Shown piece by piece: positions 10,818 through 19,777 of a DNA stretch of 64,000 nt. The translations under genes and the position numbers were made by a program. The stretch spans positions 136,763 through 200,762 of the forward strand of contig CAZTVZ010000001.1 of assembly GCA_964617045.1 (NCBI GenBank), given 5' to 3'. Source of the stretch: an uncultured Gammaproteobacteria bacterium. GTDB lineage: Bacteria > Patescibacteriota > Microgenomatia > UBA8517. Within the stretch, counting starts at the first letter, position 1. Each line of letters opens with the position of its first letter. The notes beneath the pieces were generated by a model, which saw nothing but the letters and a program-made list of their open reading frames with translations, was not told where the DNA came from and ran no database searches.

Positions 10818-10823
10818 TATAAT
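10818..10823 (+). promoter_or_regulatory. Putative -10 box within the recurring 11-mer TATAATTTCAT, 9 nt upstream of tRNA-Thr
   Basis: TATAAT consensus. The same 11-mer recurs at 12990 and 34854, each time directly upstream of a transcription unit. Confidence 0.5.
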
Positions 10824-10832
10824 TTCATTTAC

Positions 10833-10904
10833 GCCGGGGTAACTCAGTGGCAGAGTAGCTGTTTTGTAAACAGCAAGTCGTGGGTTCAAATCCCACCCTC
10901 GGCT
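10833..10904 (+). tRNA. tRNA-Thr (anticodon UGU)
   Basis: Manual fold: acceptor gccgggg/cctcggc, anticodon stem gctgt/acagc, loop tttgtaa, T-loop ttcaaat. CCA is not encoded. Confidence 0.8.
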
Positions 10905-10909
10905 CACAT

Positions 10910-10994
10910 GCTGAGGTGGCGGAGTGGTCAAACGCATCAGACTGTAAATCTGACGTCCGAAAGGGCTACCTAGGTTCGAATCCTGGCCTCAGCA
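10910..10994 (+). tRNA. tRNA-Tyr (anticodon GUA), long variable arm
   Basis: Acceptor gctgagg/cctcagc. Anticodon stem tcaga/tctga with loop ctgtaaa. Long variable arm cgtccgaaagggctac, typical of bacterial tRNA-Tyr. Lies 5 nt after tRNA-Thr. Confidence 0.8.
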
Positions 10995-11017
10995 CAATTT
11001 CTGCCTCTTTTTAATTC

Positions 11018-12070
11018 ATGAGAACGTCAAGACTTGATTACCATTTGCCCAAACAGAGAATAGCTCAGGAACCGGCTTCCCCACGAGATTCGTCTAAATT
11101 GCTTTTAATTTCCCGACAATCCGGAGAAATCAAACACGGAGTATTCCACGAGATATCCGACTACTTAAACGAAAATGATGTGCTGGTGTTTAATAAAACA
11201 AAAGTCTTTCCGGCCAGGTTTTTCGGAAGAAAAGAAACAGGAGGAAAAGTCGAACTTCTCCTTTTAAAAAGAATCAGGAATGGAGTATGGGAAACACTTA
11301 CCAAACCAGGCTTGGATGTCGGAACAGTCATTCATTTCGAAGACTTTGAGGGAGAAATAAAAAAAAGATTTAATGAAATATCGGTGATAGAATTCGATGT
11401 AAGCGATGATTGGTTAATGCAAAACCTGGAAAAACACGGGTTAACTCCTCTTCCTCCCTATATTAAAAGCAAAACAAAAGAAAAACTTCTAAGAAAAGAG
11501 TATCAAACAATCTATGCAGATAAATTAGGTTCTGCTGCTGCTCCTACAGCGGGACTTCATTTTACCGAAAGGCTTTTAAACAAGCTCAGAAAAAAGGGTG
11601 TAGATTTCGAATTTGTTACTTTACATGTTGGATTGGGAACTTTTGCCCCGATTAAAGACTCAAAAATAGAAAACCACAAAATACATTCCGAATATTTCGA
11701 AATAGATGCAAGAACAGCAAAAAGATTGAACACTGCCAAAAAGGAAGGAAAAAGAATTGTCGCAGTTGGTACCACAACGGCAAGGGTGCTTGAATCGGCT
11801 CTAAAATATCGGAAGCTTGTTCCATCCAGAAAAGAGACTGATCTCTTCATTTATCCTCCGTACAAATTTAGGTTTATTGATTCGATAATTACCAATTTTC
11901 ACTTGCCCAAATCGTCTTTATTGGCAATGATTTCGGCTTTTGTAAGTTGGCCAAACACAAAAAGAAAATTCGGTTCATTCGAAAAAAGTATTATCGGGGC
12001 TGCATACAAAGTGGCAATCGGTAAAAAATATCGATTCTTCAGTTTTGGAGACGCAACTTTTATCTACTGA
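11018..12070 (+). CDS. queA: S-adenosylmethionine:tRNA ribosyltransferase-isomerase
   Basis: N-terminus YHLPKQRIAQEP. TLHVGLGTFAPIK and VAVGTTTARVLES motifs. 350 aa. Confidence 0.9.
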   Translation: MRTSRLDYHLPKQRIAQEPASPRDSSKLLLISRQSGEIKHGVFHEISDYLNENDVLVFNKTKVFPARFFGRKETGGKVELLLLKRIRNGVWETLTKPGLDVGTVIHFEDFEGEIKKRFNEISVIEFDVSDDWLMQNLEKHGLTPLPPYIKSKTKEKLLRKEYQTIYADKLGSAAAPTAGLHFTERLLNKLRKKGVDFEFVTLHVGLGTFAPIKDSKIENHKIHSEYFEIDARTAKRLNTAKKEGKRIVAVGTTTARVLESALKYRKLVPSRKETDLFIYPPYKFRFIDSIITNFHLPKSSLLAMISAFVSWPNTKRKFGSFEKSIIGAAYKVAIGKKYRFFSFGDATFIY

Positions 12071-12965
12071 CGATTTCGGGTTGACCCAATTTGTTGATAT
12101 ATATATTTGTTATCTTCTCGGAAACAATATCGGATCCATCAAATTCAAGTGTAATCGCAATGCCCTTTCTTGTTTCTTCGCTCCACATTTGATCAAAAAC
12201 AAAATTGCCCAATGAATAATATACTTTCTTTCCGTTTATCGTTTCCATATCCTGCACCCAATGAGGATGGTGTCCCGCAATAATGTCGGCGCCCAAACCA
12301 ACAAGCTCCCTTGCATATGCACGCTGTTTATTGTTGGCTGAAGGTTGATACTCATCTCCCCAATGTACTCCGACAATCAACACATCAACCAGTTTGTCCG
12401 ACTCTGCTATCATCTTTTTTTCAAGATTGTCTGGAGATCGGTACATCAAATTAAACCCAAGAAATCCGAATTTTATTCCGTTCACTTCTTTTATGACCAA
12501 ATTACCCTCACCCGTGTATTCAATTGCGTTTTCCGTAAGCACTTTTTGGGTCGTGACCATTCCTTCTTTTCCGTAATTTCCAGTATGATTATTCGCCAAG
12601 GTAACCACGTTTATCCCAGCGTTAATTATTCCTTTTGCCAGTATTGGATCAGCACAAAAAATCATTCCCGAATTCGTTTGGGGACAATCTTCTGCAAACG
12701 GGCTTTCGAGATTGGCAAACACAATATCCGAACCTCTCAAATAAGAGGATACCTTTTTGAAGGGATAATCAAAATCGTTTTGCTTCATACTCGTCACCAT
12801 TACCGATCTTCCCAACATTACGTCACCCAATAGAGTGATCCTGGTGGTTGTTTTTAACCCCAATACATCTTTGGGTCCGAAATTGTTGATATGGCTAAGT
12901 ACGTATATGAGGATTATTAGAAATGCCGAGGCCAAAATCAGTAAAAACGAGGTTGTTTTGTTCAC
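12060..12965 (-). CDS. CapA/PgsA-family metallophosphoesterase-like protein with an N-terminal membrane anchor
   Basis: LLGDVMLGR, ANLESPF, LANNHTGNYG, GVHWGDEY, GHHPHWVQ. The calcineurin-like metal-binding pattern of CapA proteins. Confidence 0.6.
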   Translation of the reverse strand: MNKTTSFLLILASAFLIILIYVLSHINNFGPKDVLGLKTTTRITLLGDVMLGRSVMVTSMKQNDFDYPFKKVSSYLRGSDIVFANLESPFAEDCPQTNSGMIFCADPILAKGIINAGINVVTLANNHTGNYGKEGMVTTQKVLTENAIEYTGEGNLVIKEVNGIKFGFLGFNLMYRSPDNLEKKMIAESDKLVDVLIVGVHWGDEYQPSANNKQRAYARELVGLGADIIAGHHPHWVQDMETINGKKVYYSLGNFVFDQMWSEETRKGIAITLEFDGSDIVSEKITNIYINKLGQPEIVSR

Positions 12966-12989
12966 AAATCAGTATAGCAATAAATCTGA

Positions 12990-12995
12990 TATAAT
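12990..12995 (+). promoter_or_regulatory. Putative -10 box (TATAATTTCAT copy 2) 9 nt upstream of the second tRNA-Thr
   Basis: The 20-mer is identical to the 10818 site apart from one base (gaTATAATTTCATTTACGCC vs ggTATAATTTCATTTACGCC). Confidence 0.5.
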
Positions 12996-13004
12996 TTCAT
13001 TTAC

Positions 13005-13077
13005 GCCTGGGTAGCTCAGTCGGCAGAGCATGTCATTGGTAATGACAAGGTCGTGGGTTCGATTCCCACCTCAGGCT
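13005..13077 (+). tRNA. tRNA-Thr (anticodon GGU)
   Basis: Acceptor gcctggg/ctcaggc (one G-U pair). Anticodon stem tgtca/tgaca, loop ttggtaa. T-arm gtggg-ttcgatt-cccac. Confidence 0.8.
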
Positions 13078-13120
13078 CACAACTTGTCCAAATAAGGTTT
13101 ATCGGTTAAAATACACGTCT

Positions 13121-13294
13121 ATGGCAAAAAAAGGAGCTCGAGAAATAGTCGCTTTGATTTGTTCCGTTTGTAAAAGTCAAAATTACATTACAGACAGGAA
13201 CAAGGTTAATATGGAAGGAAAACTGCAAGTAAACAAATACTGCAAAAAATGCAGAAAATCCACTTCCCACAAAGAAACGTCCAAGCTTAAGTAA
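13121..13294 (+). CDS. rpmG: 50S ribosomal protein L33 (zinc-ribbon type), 57 aa. Not in the ORF track because it is under 60 aa.
   Basis: Manual translation: MAKKGAREIVALICSVCKSQNYITDRNKVNMEGKLQVNKYCKKCRKSTSHKETSKLK, with CxxC...CxxC. The tRNA-Thr-rpmG-tRNA-Trp-secE-nusG neighbourhood is a widely conserved arrangement. Confidence 0.8.
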   Translation: MAKKGAREIVALICSVCKSQNYITDRNKVNMEGKLQVNKYCKKCRKSTSHKETSKLK

Positions 13295-13338
13295 TTTCCC
13301 CTTTGAGCTTAAATCCGCTATAATAAACCCTAGTATTT

Positions 13339-13409
13339 AGGGGCGTCGTTCAACGGCAGGACTACGGTCTCCAAAACCGTCAATAGGAGTTCGATTCTCT
13401 TCGCCCCTG
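13339..13409 (+). tRNA. tRNA-Trp (anticodon CCA), compact 71 nt
   Basis: Acceptor aggggcg/cgcccct. Anticodon stem acggt/accgt, loop ctccaaa. T-loop ttcgatt. Its 3' end is overlapped by the recombinase stop codon at 13380. Confidence 0.7.
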
Positions 13410-15014
13410 CAGAGTGAGATTTTGAGAGTATAAATGCATCAATTGAGCCATATAATCGGTCTTTTCTTCGGGTTCGAACCTAGAGATAATTTTATCCGTC
13501 TCAACTTTAGCAGTTTTAGCAGCCAAAAACGGTTTTGGTACGGAAATACGGACTATTTTGTTGAATAACTCAAAGTTCGAACCGATTGTCGCCAGTATCT
13601 CTCTTTTCTTTTGTAAGCTATCGGTGTGTCCAAAATGATACATCGCATAACATGCAAAATCGAAGGTTTTAGTGGATAGTTCTAGCCACTGATTTACTCT
13701 CTCACCTACATTCTTCTTTTGATCTTCAAGGCTTTTCTTCTCTGCTTTTAAGTCTTTCATTTGTCTTTCAAATTCCTCGTCTGAAAGTACTGAACCGTCT
13801 GAATTCATTGGCGAGATTTTAAGCTTAACTAAATTGTTTATCTTCTCGATACAATCACCATAAGCAGAATCAACGCTTTTGTTTACTACTGTCTGATCTT
13901 TGGCCTCTTTATCGTGTAATTCATTCAGATACTTAATGGCCCAATCTTTGAATGACTCTGGAATCTCAATCTGGGATAGCAAATAGTCTGCTTGTCTCTC
14001 AAATTCACCCACCTCAATTGACTTTTGAGTACAATGCACATTTAATCTTTTCGTACAATGATAATAGATGTATCTTGAACCATATCTATTTATTTTCTCT
14101 TCAGCAGTAACCATTCCCCCACATTCTCCACAACGAACCATACCTGTAAAAGCAAACTCTCTGGTCTTAGGTCTTTGCTTCCCTTTCCTTCCTAAAAGAG
14201 CTTGGACCTTGTCGTATTCATCACGAGTTATCATCTTTTGATGTTTACCAACATACCATTTACCACTATATTCATATTCCCCGTAATAAAATGGATTTGT
14301 AAATATCTTGTATAAAGTGTTTTTGCCTATCTCATTTCCACCAAGTCTTTTATGTTTTGTAGTTCTATAACCCCATTCTTTATTCATTATGTCCATGATT
14401 TTTAAGACGGAATAATTACCAGTCAACATTAAGTCCCATGCTTTCCTGATAAGAGGAAACTTCACAGGATCAACACCTATTGTTCTTCTACCTCTCTCTT
14501 CAGTCTTGTCATTGTAATAACCTTCTGGAACACAACCAGGCCTCCAACCATTGTTTAGTTTCGTTTGTAAGCCTCTTTTAACATTCTTGGAAAGATCCCT
14601 CAAAAACTGATTAGCCTGCCCAAATTCGATATTTAGAAGAAGTACATTATCTTGTGATTGGTATAGTCTCTGAGGCGTCACAATCACTTTTAAGAGCTCT
14701 TTCTGAAGCAACCAGCTTAATGTACCAGAGTCGACTGGGTTTCTTGATCCACGGCTCAAATCCCAAATAATTAAGCCTTGAATAGCCCCTTCTTGAACAC
14801 GTTCAACTTCTTGATTAAAGACTGGTCTTCCTGGCTGTTTTGCAGACATTGATTCTTCTGCTATTTTTTCCACTTTGAGATGATTATCCATCGCTAACTT
14901 AACCAAGACCTCTTTTTGAGACTCAAGTGAAGCCACTTGATGATCATTATCATCACTACTACGTCTAAGGTAGATATCGTATTTTAATTGTAATAATTCT
15001 TCTGGTATGTACAT
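13380..15014 (-). CDS. Large serine recombinase (integrase of the putative inserted element)
   Basis: N-terminal resolvase catalytic domain (YLRRSSDDNDHQVASLESQ, with the serine nucleophile). Recombinase domain and a zinc ribbon (RCGECGG). C-terminal coiled coil. 544 aa. Confidence 0.85.
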   Translation of the reverse strand: MYIPEELLQLKYDIYLRRSSDDNDHQVASLESQKEVLVKLAMDNHLKVEKIAEESMSAKQPGRPVFNQEVERVQEGAIQGLIIWDLSRGSRNPVDSGTLSWLLQKELLKVIVTPQRLYQSQDNVLLLNIEFGQANQFLRDLSKNVKRGLQTKLNNGWRPGCVPEGYYNDKTEERGRRTIGVDPVKFPLIRKAWDLMLTGNYSVLKIMDIMNKEWGYRTTKHKRLGGNEIGKNTLYKIFTNPFYYGEYEYSGKWYVGKHQKMITRDEYDKVQALLGRKGKQRPKTREFAFTGMVRCGECGGMVTAEEKINRYGSRYIYYHCTKRLNVHCTQKSIEVGEFERQADYLLSQIEIPESFKDWAIKYLNELHDKEAKDQTVVNKSVDSAYGDCIEKINNLVKLKISPMNSDGSVLSDEEFERQMKDLKAEKKSLEDQKKNVGERVNQWLELSTKTFDFACYAMYHFGHTDSLQKKREILATIGSNFELFNKIVRISVPKPFLAAKTAKVETDKIISRFEPEEKTDYMAQLMHLYSQNLTLQGRRESNSY

Positions 15015-15131
15015 AACTTAAATGGCCGCTCTGGTGTACTCAACTCGGATTGCTCCAAATTGCCCAAAGCGGCCATTAAAAAAGCAATCCTAACGAGCTG
15101 AGTACAATATAATTATGTGCTCAGTTTGTGC

Positions 15132-16061
15132 CTAAGTCAAGCCTACATATTCCAAACATCTATAAAATATTTCGTTGTCCCAATTCCCAAAATAATGGTT
15201 TAGGCGAAGGTTGTTTTTATCACGCTCAATACTTGTGAGCCATCTATTAATAACTTCTCTCATCACTCTATAGATATACTCCAAAGACCAGCCTTGATCC
15301 CTTAAAATTTGCACCTGCATAATAAAACCCAGGTAACATCTGTTAAGTTGTTCTTGCTTATACAAAATATGTTCCTCACCAAGTAAGGCTTCATATTTAA
15401 GCAAGTAATAAAGAAGGGATTTTCTTGCTAATCTTATTTCGTTTTTCTTGATATTATGTTTTGTTAACAAATCCTTATCTAGTAAGAAAGAAACACTAGC
15501 TTTGTTTATCATGCTACGGAATACCACTTCGTTTCGGGTTTTCGATAACGGTACGGGATTCAGATTTTCAGAGTTTTCCTTATAAGTACTACTTTTCTGG
15601 TCGTCCAGATAATTATTAGATTTAATATCACTATTTAATATATTATGTGACTGATCCTTCATGACCCCCATGAATGGATTTTCATTACTTTTTAAGTTTG
15701 CTTTTAAACCTTGATTTATGATATTTCCGATAACAGGCGAAATCTTTCTTACAGTCCCATAGCGAGATTTTCCTTCTTTGATTTCAGACTTCTTATACCT
15801 TGTAACATTAATGTATATTAGTTTTTTACTTTTGAGCTTTCTTAAAATGTATTGAACCCCACGAACACTTTTTACTCCAGCAACTTGGGTTAAGGTTTCG
15901 TTTTTTATAAAGCAATACCCATCTTTTTTAGATAGTCCAACAATTACTGCCAAAACATCTCTTTCTGATGCTTTGAGACCGACAACAGCATTTACAATAT
16001 TTGGAATAAATATAAATGGCTCCTCATTGATCGATTCTGATTCTGTCTTTTCACTTTTCAT
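15132..16061 (-). CDS. Hypothetical protein with an N-terminal winged-helix DNA-binding region (replication-initiator-like)
   Basis: LKASERDVLAVIVGLSKKDGYCFIKNETLTQVAGVKSVRGVQYILRKLKSKKLI looks like a wHTH. No other motif recognised. Confidence 0.35.
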   Translation of the reverse strand: MKSEKTESESINEEPFIFIPNIVNAVVGLKASERDVLAVIVGLSKKDGYCFIKNETLTQVAGVKSVRGVQYILRKLKSKKLIYINVTRYKKSEIKEGKSRYGTVRKISPVIGNIINQGLKANLKSNENPFMGVMKDQSHNILNSDIKSNNYLDDQKSSTYKENSENLNPVPLSKTRNEVVFRSMINKASVSFLLDKDLLTKHNIKKNEIRLARKSLLYYLLKYEALLGEEHILYKQEQLNRCYLGFIMQVQILRDQGWSLEYIYRVMREVINRWLTSIERDKNNLRLNHYFGNWDNEIFYRCLEYVGLT

Positions 16062-16260
16062 TTTTGTATTTGTTCAATGCTTCTACAGGTATTGGTTTGT
16101 AAATAATGTCAAAAAGTATCAAAAGTTTGATGCCTTGCTCTTTTGCCTCCTCAGATGGAATTTCCATACCAAACTCGCTTTTATAAATTCGCTGGTACTC
16201 TTCTACTGCTTCGTTGGATATAGACTGAGTGTTTTGCATATTAGTCTTCCAAAAAAGCAT
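16051..16260 (-). CDS. Small hypothetical protein (element cargo)
   Basis: ORF only. Co-directional and tightly packed with its neighbours. Confidence 0.3.
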   Translation of the reverse strand: MLFWKTNMQNTQSISNEAVEEYQRIYKSEFGMEIPSEEAKEQGIKLLILFDIIYKPIPVEALNKYKNEK

Positions 16261-16525
16261 TCAAAGCCCAATAAAAAGATTCTTTGTCTGCATAGTTCCC
16301 GTCGTTATGAAATTCAGAATATTTTCCAAAATTATCAAGAAGTTTGCCGTAGTTAACTCTAAGATAAACGAAACTATCATTTTTCTCGATTTCTTTCCAA
16401 TTTATCGTGCGTATTTTTTGAGAAAAACTTCGTCTGGAGTGAGTTAAGCACTTACTTATTGTTTTACCATCTTTAATTATTTTGTAAGAAAAACTGAGCT
16501 TGGAAGTTTGATTGATAATATTCAT
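16241..16525 (-). CDS. Small hypothetical protein (element cargo)
   Basis: ORF only. Confidence 0.3.
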   Translation of the reverse strand: MNIINQTSKLSFSYKIIKDGKTISKCLTHSRRSFSQKIRTINWKEIEKNDSFVYLRVNYGKLLDNFGKYSEFHNDGNYADKESFYWALNAFLED

Positions 16526-16546
16526 ATTTATAGTTGTTCTTAAGAG

Positions 16547-16783
16547 CTAAGGCTCTTCGTAAATCCTGGCTTTTAAAGCTTTTAAGTTGTCAAAGTACTG
16601 TCGGGGTTCAACGAGAAGTTCCCTCTTCCAATATTTATCAACAGATTCTTGAAGTTTCTTACTATCTTCAAAAACAAACAGAACTTTTTTATTCCCATTT
16701 GTTTTATCCAAATTAACTGGAAACCATAAAGAAAGAGTCGCCGAGAGATCTAATGAATACGTAGAGAAAATATTTATCTTCAT
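16547..16783 (-). CDS. Small hypothetical protein (element cargo)
   Basis: ORF only. Confidence 0.3.
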   Translation of the reverse strand: MKINIFSTYSLDLSATLSLWFPVNLDKTNGNKKVLFVFEDSKKLQESVDKYWKRELLVEPRQYFDNLKALKARIYEEP

Positions 16784-16877
16784 ATACGTACATACAGAAC
16801 TTACACCAACAAGTTGTCAATACAGCAAAATCGAAGCTGAAACTATGTAAAAACGGTTGATTAACGGAGTAAATATG

Positions 16878-17588
16878 TTACTCCACCATTGAAACGGGTA
16901 TCTTGAGTGATATCGAATACGTATTGTTATTCTTATTAAACTCTCCAACTTCGATGTAATCAACATCATGCTTAATTTTTTTAACCAAAGCACTTTTTGT
17001 ATTTTTCAACCAGTTATCATCGACGCCTATTCTAGGATAATTGTTAGTTACATAACGAGTTATAGACTCTTGCGGGACGTTTGCTTTGAGCCAATCCCCG
17101 GATCGCTCTATATTACCTCGGAGGAAATCAACTAATGCAGACATAAACACAAACGAGTCCGTATAGCTTTTCTTGTCTTGCGGTTTAAAATCGATGATTA
17201 GTTTGTCATCAGCAATTCGTCTTAACCAAAATCTCAATCCACTAAAGCCAAAACATTCACCAAGCTTGTATTGCTTAGGTTTTTCACTATCTACTTTAAT
17301 TTCCTTTGTATAATAGGAGATTTTTCTCTCAAGTTTATTTGCGTTTAATAGGCGAAACTCTGCCTTAATTCCATTCGTATCACTTCCAAAACGAAGAGAT
17401 CCATTGTTTTTGCCTGTAAACATTAATGCGATAATACATTCTCCTTCAAGCTCTCGTAAAATATTATATTCGTTAGGAGAAACACCACCATAATCTATCC
17501 ATTCAAACTCTTTCTCGAAATAGGCATTAGTTTTTATCTTTTGAAGCACTCCCAAATATTCTTCACAGATAGCCCTATCAAGTTTCAT
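16878..17588 (-). CDS. Hypothetical protein (236 aa) transcribed downstream of the XRE regulator
   Basis: ORF only. No recognisable motif. It is directly downstream of the XRE gene on the same strand. Confidence 0.4.
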   Translation of the reverse strand: MKLDRAICEEYLGVLQKIKTNAYFEKEFEWIDYGGVSPNEYNILRELEGECIIALMFTGKNNGSLRFGSDTNGIKAEFRLLNANKLERKISYYTKEIKVDSEKPKQYKLGECFGFSGLRFWLRRIADDKLIIDFKPQDKKSYTDSFVFMSALVDFLRGNIERSGDWLKANVPQESITRYVTNNYPRIGVDDNWLKNTKSALVKKIKHDVDYIEVGEFNKNNNTYSISLKIPVSMVE

Positions 17589-17621
17589 ATTTATTTTAAT
17601 TAAGACTATTATCTTACGAAG

Positions 17622-17840
17622 CTAATATGGAATCAAATCTTTTACCTTAACTTTCAATACTCTTGCTACCTTCTGAAGAGTCTTTAAGCTCATTCTTCTA
17701 TTACCTGTCTCAACTAAACCTATATGGGTTGTACTAACCCCAATGTCTTCAGCCAGTTGCTCTTGGGTTAATTCTGCCTGCCTTCTAAATCTTTTTATTC
17801 TTTTACCTATTCCAGAATCTTTTTTAGTTACCTTATCCAT
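17622..17840 (-). CDS. XRE-family helix-turn-helix transcriptional regulator (Cro/CI-like)
   Basis: LTQEQLAEDIGVSTTHIGLVETGNRRMSLKTLQKVARVL is a canonical HTH_3 pattern. 72 aa. It sits at a divergent junction, as phage repressors do. Confidence 0.8.
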   Translation of the reverse strand: MDKVTKKDSGIGKRIKRFRRQAELTQEQLAEDIGVSTTHIGLVETGNRRMSLKTLQKVARVLKVKVKDLIPY

Positions 17841-17951
17841 ACATTTTAAGTTAGCAGAGAGTGTGTTAAATATTTATTACGTAAAAGGAAAGAAAATGAG
17901 GCTAAAACTATTGCTTTTTTATTAACTACGAGTTATGTTTATTGTATAAAT

Positions 17952-18158
17952 ATGGCACCCAAAGTAGCTTTAATTATTTTAGTCGCAATAATCATCCTGT
18001 TACTCCAAATTCTTGCGTTTGTAGGTTTTGCAAAATCCAATGACAATAAATTAACAAACACACAACAAGATAGGTGGAAAAAGTTTTCAGAATATATGGG
18101 TATAGCGTTTCTAATATTTGGAGCAATAGTGTTTGTTATAGCTGATTTTATTGATTGA
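17952..18158 (+). CDS. Small two-TM membrane protein
   Basis: Two hydrophobic helices. Overlaps the next ORF by 4 nt. Confidence 0.35.
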   Translation: MAPKVALIILVAIIILLLQILAFVGFAKSNDNKLTNTQQDRWKKFSEYMGIAFLIFGAIVFVIADFID

Positions 18159-18622
18159 AAATGAAAAAAATTATATTTGCATTTATATGTTTTTGTCTCG
18201 GTATACTCACCTATTTAGTAATTGAACATGTGTTTCCCAAAAACATAATTTCATCTCACATAAGTAAATTTGAGATTGATACAGATATTGTTTTAGAAGA
18301 TGTTAACAATTTTCGCTTAAAAAATGATTTGAACTCTCTCGTCAAAAATGAGAATTTATGCAATGTAGCAAAGGTAAGATTAAAAGAAATTCCTTTTAAT
18401 TGGAGTCATAATGGATTTTCGGCAGCTAGATTTTGTGCTGTAAACTGTATGATGGGTGAGAACCTAGCCAAGAATTATAAAACAGAACAGTCGATCATCG
18501 ACGCATGGGAAAATTCTCCAGAGCATAAGGCCGTTATGATTAACAAAGATCTTAAGTACGGTTGCGTCGCATCAGATGGAAAATATACAGTCTTGGAAGC
18601 ATCAACAATGATTCCATATTAA
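18155..18622 (+). CDS. Membrane-anchored protein with a possible CAP/SCP-like domain
   Basis: N-terminal TM segment. SPEHKAVMINKDLKYGC resembles the CAP-domain HxxxM...GC signature. Weak. Confidence 0.35.
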   Translation: MKMKKIIFAFICFCLGILTYLVIEHVFPKNIISSHISKFEIDTDIVLEDVNNFRLKNDLNSLVKNENLCNVAKVRLKEIPFNWSHNGFSAARFCAVNCMMGENLAKNYKTEQSIIDAWENSPEHKAVMINKDLKYGCVASDGKYTVLEASTMIPY

Positions 18623-18947
18623 TTGGTGTGTCTCTCTTCTCACATATCTACTTTTTTACTTGCAAACAATTCTACGATAGACAAAGTTTTGACTATTCGT
18701 GCCTAAAATAATCAATTTACATTCAGCAAATTAAGAAGAATTTGATTAGAGGCTAATTATTAACTTTCTCCCCGATCTTTTATATATCTAGCCTTAAATA
18801 ATCGTCCTCAGATTTTATAGTAATAAGTATTCGGTAATTATTGGTTTGTGTAATATCTCGGACACCATTTCGAAAAACTGCCGATTAATTTCTAAATAGC
18901 AATTATTAAATTTAGTCTGTTTATTTGTAAAAACTAGATTATAAAAA

Positions 18948-19769
18948 GTGCTAATATTATTATTAACTATGGATAAAACTACTCTAGAATCTAATGAAGA
19001 TAACAATAGAATCACCTTTTCACTAAAAGATATTGTTGTTGGTCAAGAAATTAACCCTAACAATATGACTCTCCCCTTACTAAATGAGTTTTTGCAACAA
19101 GTTACAACGTTTTTAAAAGGGGGGAAATATATAGACTTAGCCAAAGTTAAAAGTAGCATCAAGCATGGTTCCCTGGCAATTGAAGTAAACAACAACGACG
19201 GCCTATTGGATGAAGCCTTTAATGATTATCAAATTTTGTTAAAACATGGGTCGCTAAATGATATTGATTCCAATCGTGCAAGAATCGTTGAGTTATGGCA
19301 GTCGAATAGTAAAAATAATGAAAACAGGTCTTACGATTTGTATGTCGGTGATGATTCCACGAACAATCCTCATTTCATAATATCCAGGAAAACCAACTTT
19401 ATTATGATAAACAACAACTGGGTAGATGTTGATCTCTACCTTTACGGTAAGATATTTGATCTAGGGGGTAAAAACAAACCGAATGTTCATATCGAATTAG
19501 ATAATGGTAATACAATAAAAATTCAAACTAATACAAGCCTTTTATCAACCGATGAGGAAAACAGACTTTATAAAAAACAACTAGTAAGAATAAGGGCTAA
19601 ACGTAATATCGATACAAGACAATTGAAAGAAGAAAAACTTATGTCTTTTGTCTATTATAATCCTCAATTTGACGAAAAAAGCTTCGAAGAAATCTCAGAA
19701 AAAGCAACATTGGCTTGGAAATCGGTAAAAAATCCGTCTACTTGGGTTGATGAAATAAGAGGTAATTAA
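18948..19769 (+). CDS. Hypothetical protein, likely starting at MDKTT (18969)
   Basis: ORF only. N-rich and AT-rich codon usage. Immediately upstream of the PIN-like gene. Confidence 0.4.
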   Translation: MLILLLTMDKTTLESNEDNNRITFSLKDIVVGQEINPNNMTLPLLNEFLQQVTTFLKGGKYIDLAKVKSSIKHGSLAIEVNNNDGLLDEAFNDYQILLKHGSLNDIDSNRARIVELWQSNSKNNENRSYDLYVGDDSTNNPHFIISRKTNFIMINNNWVDVDLYLYGKIFDLGGKNKPNVHIELDNGNTIKIQTNTSLLSTDEENRLYKKQLVRIRAKRNIDTRQLKEEKLMSFVYYNPQFDEKSFEEISEKATLAWKSVKNPSTWVDEIRGN

Positions 19770-19777
19770 TACTAAAC

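Noticed and set aside
10719-10937. 72-aa minus-strand ORF
   Set aside because: It overlaps the well-folded tRNA-Thr and tRNA-Tyr genes. Spurious.
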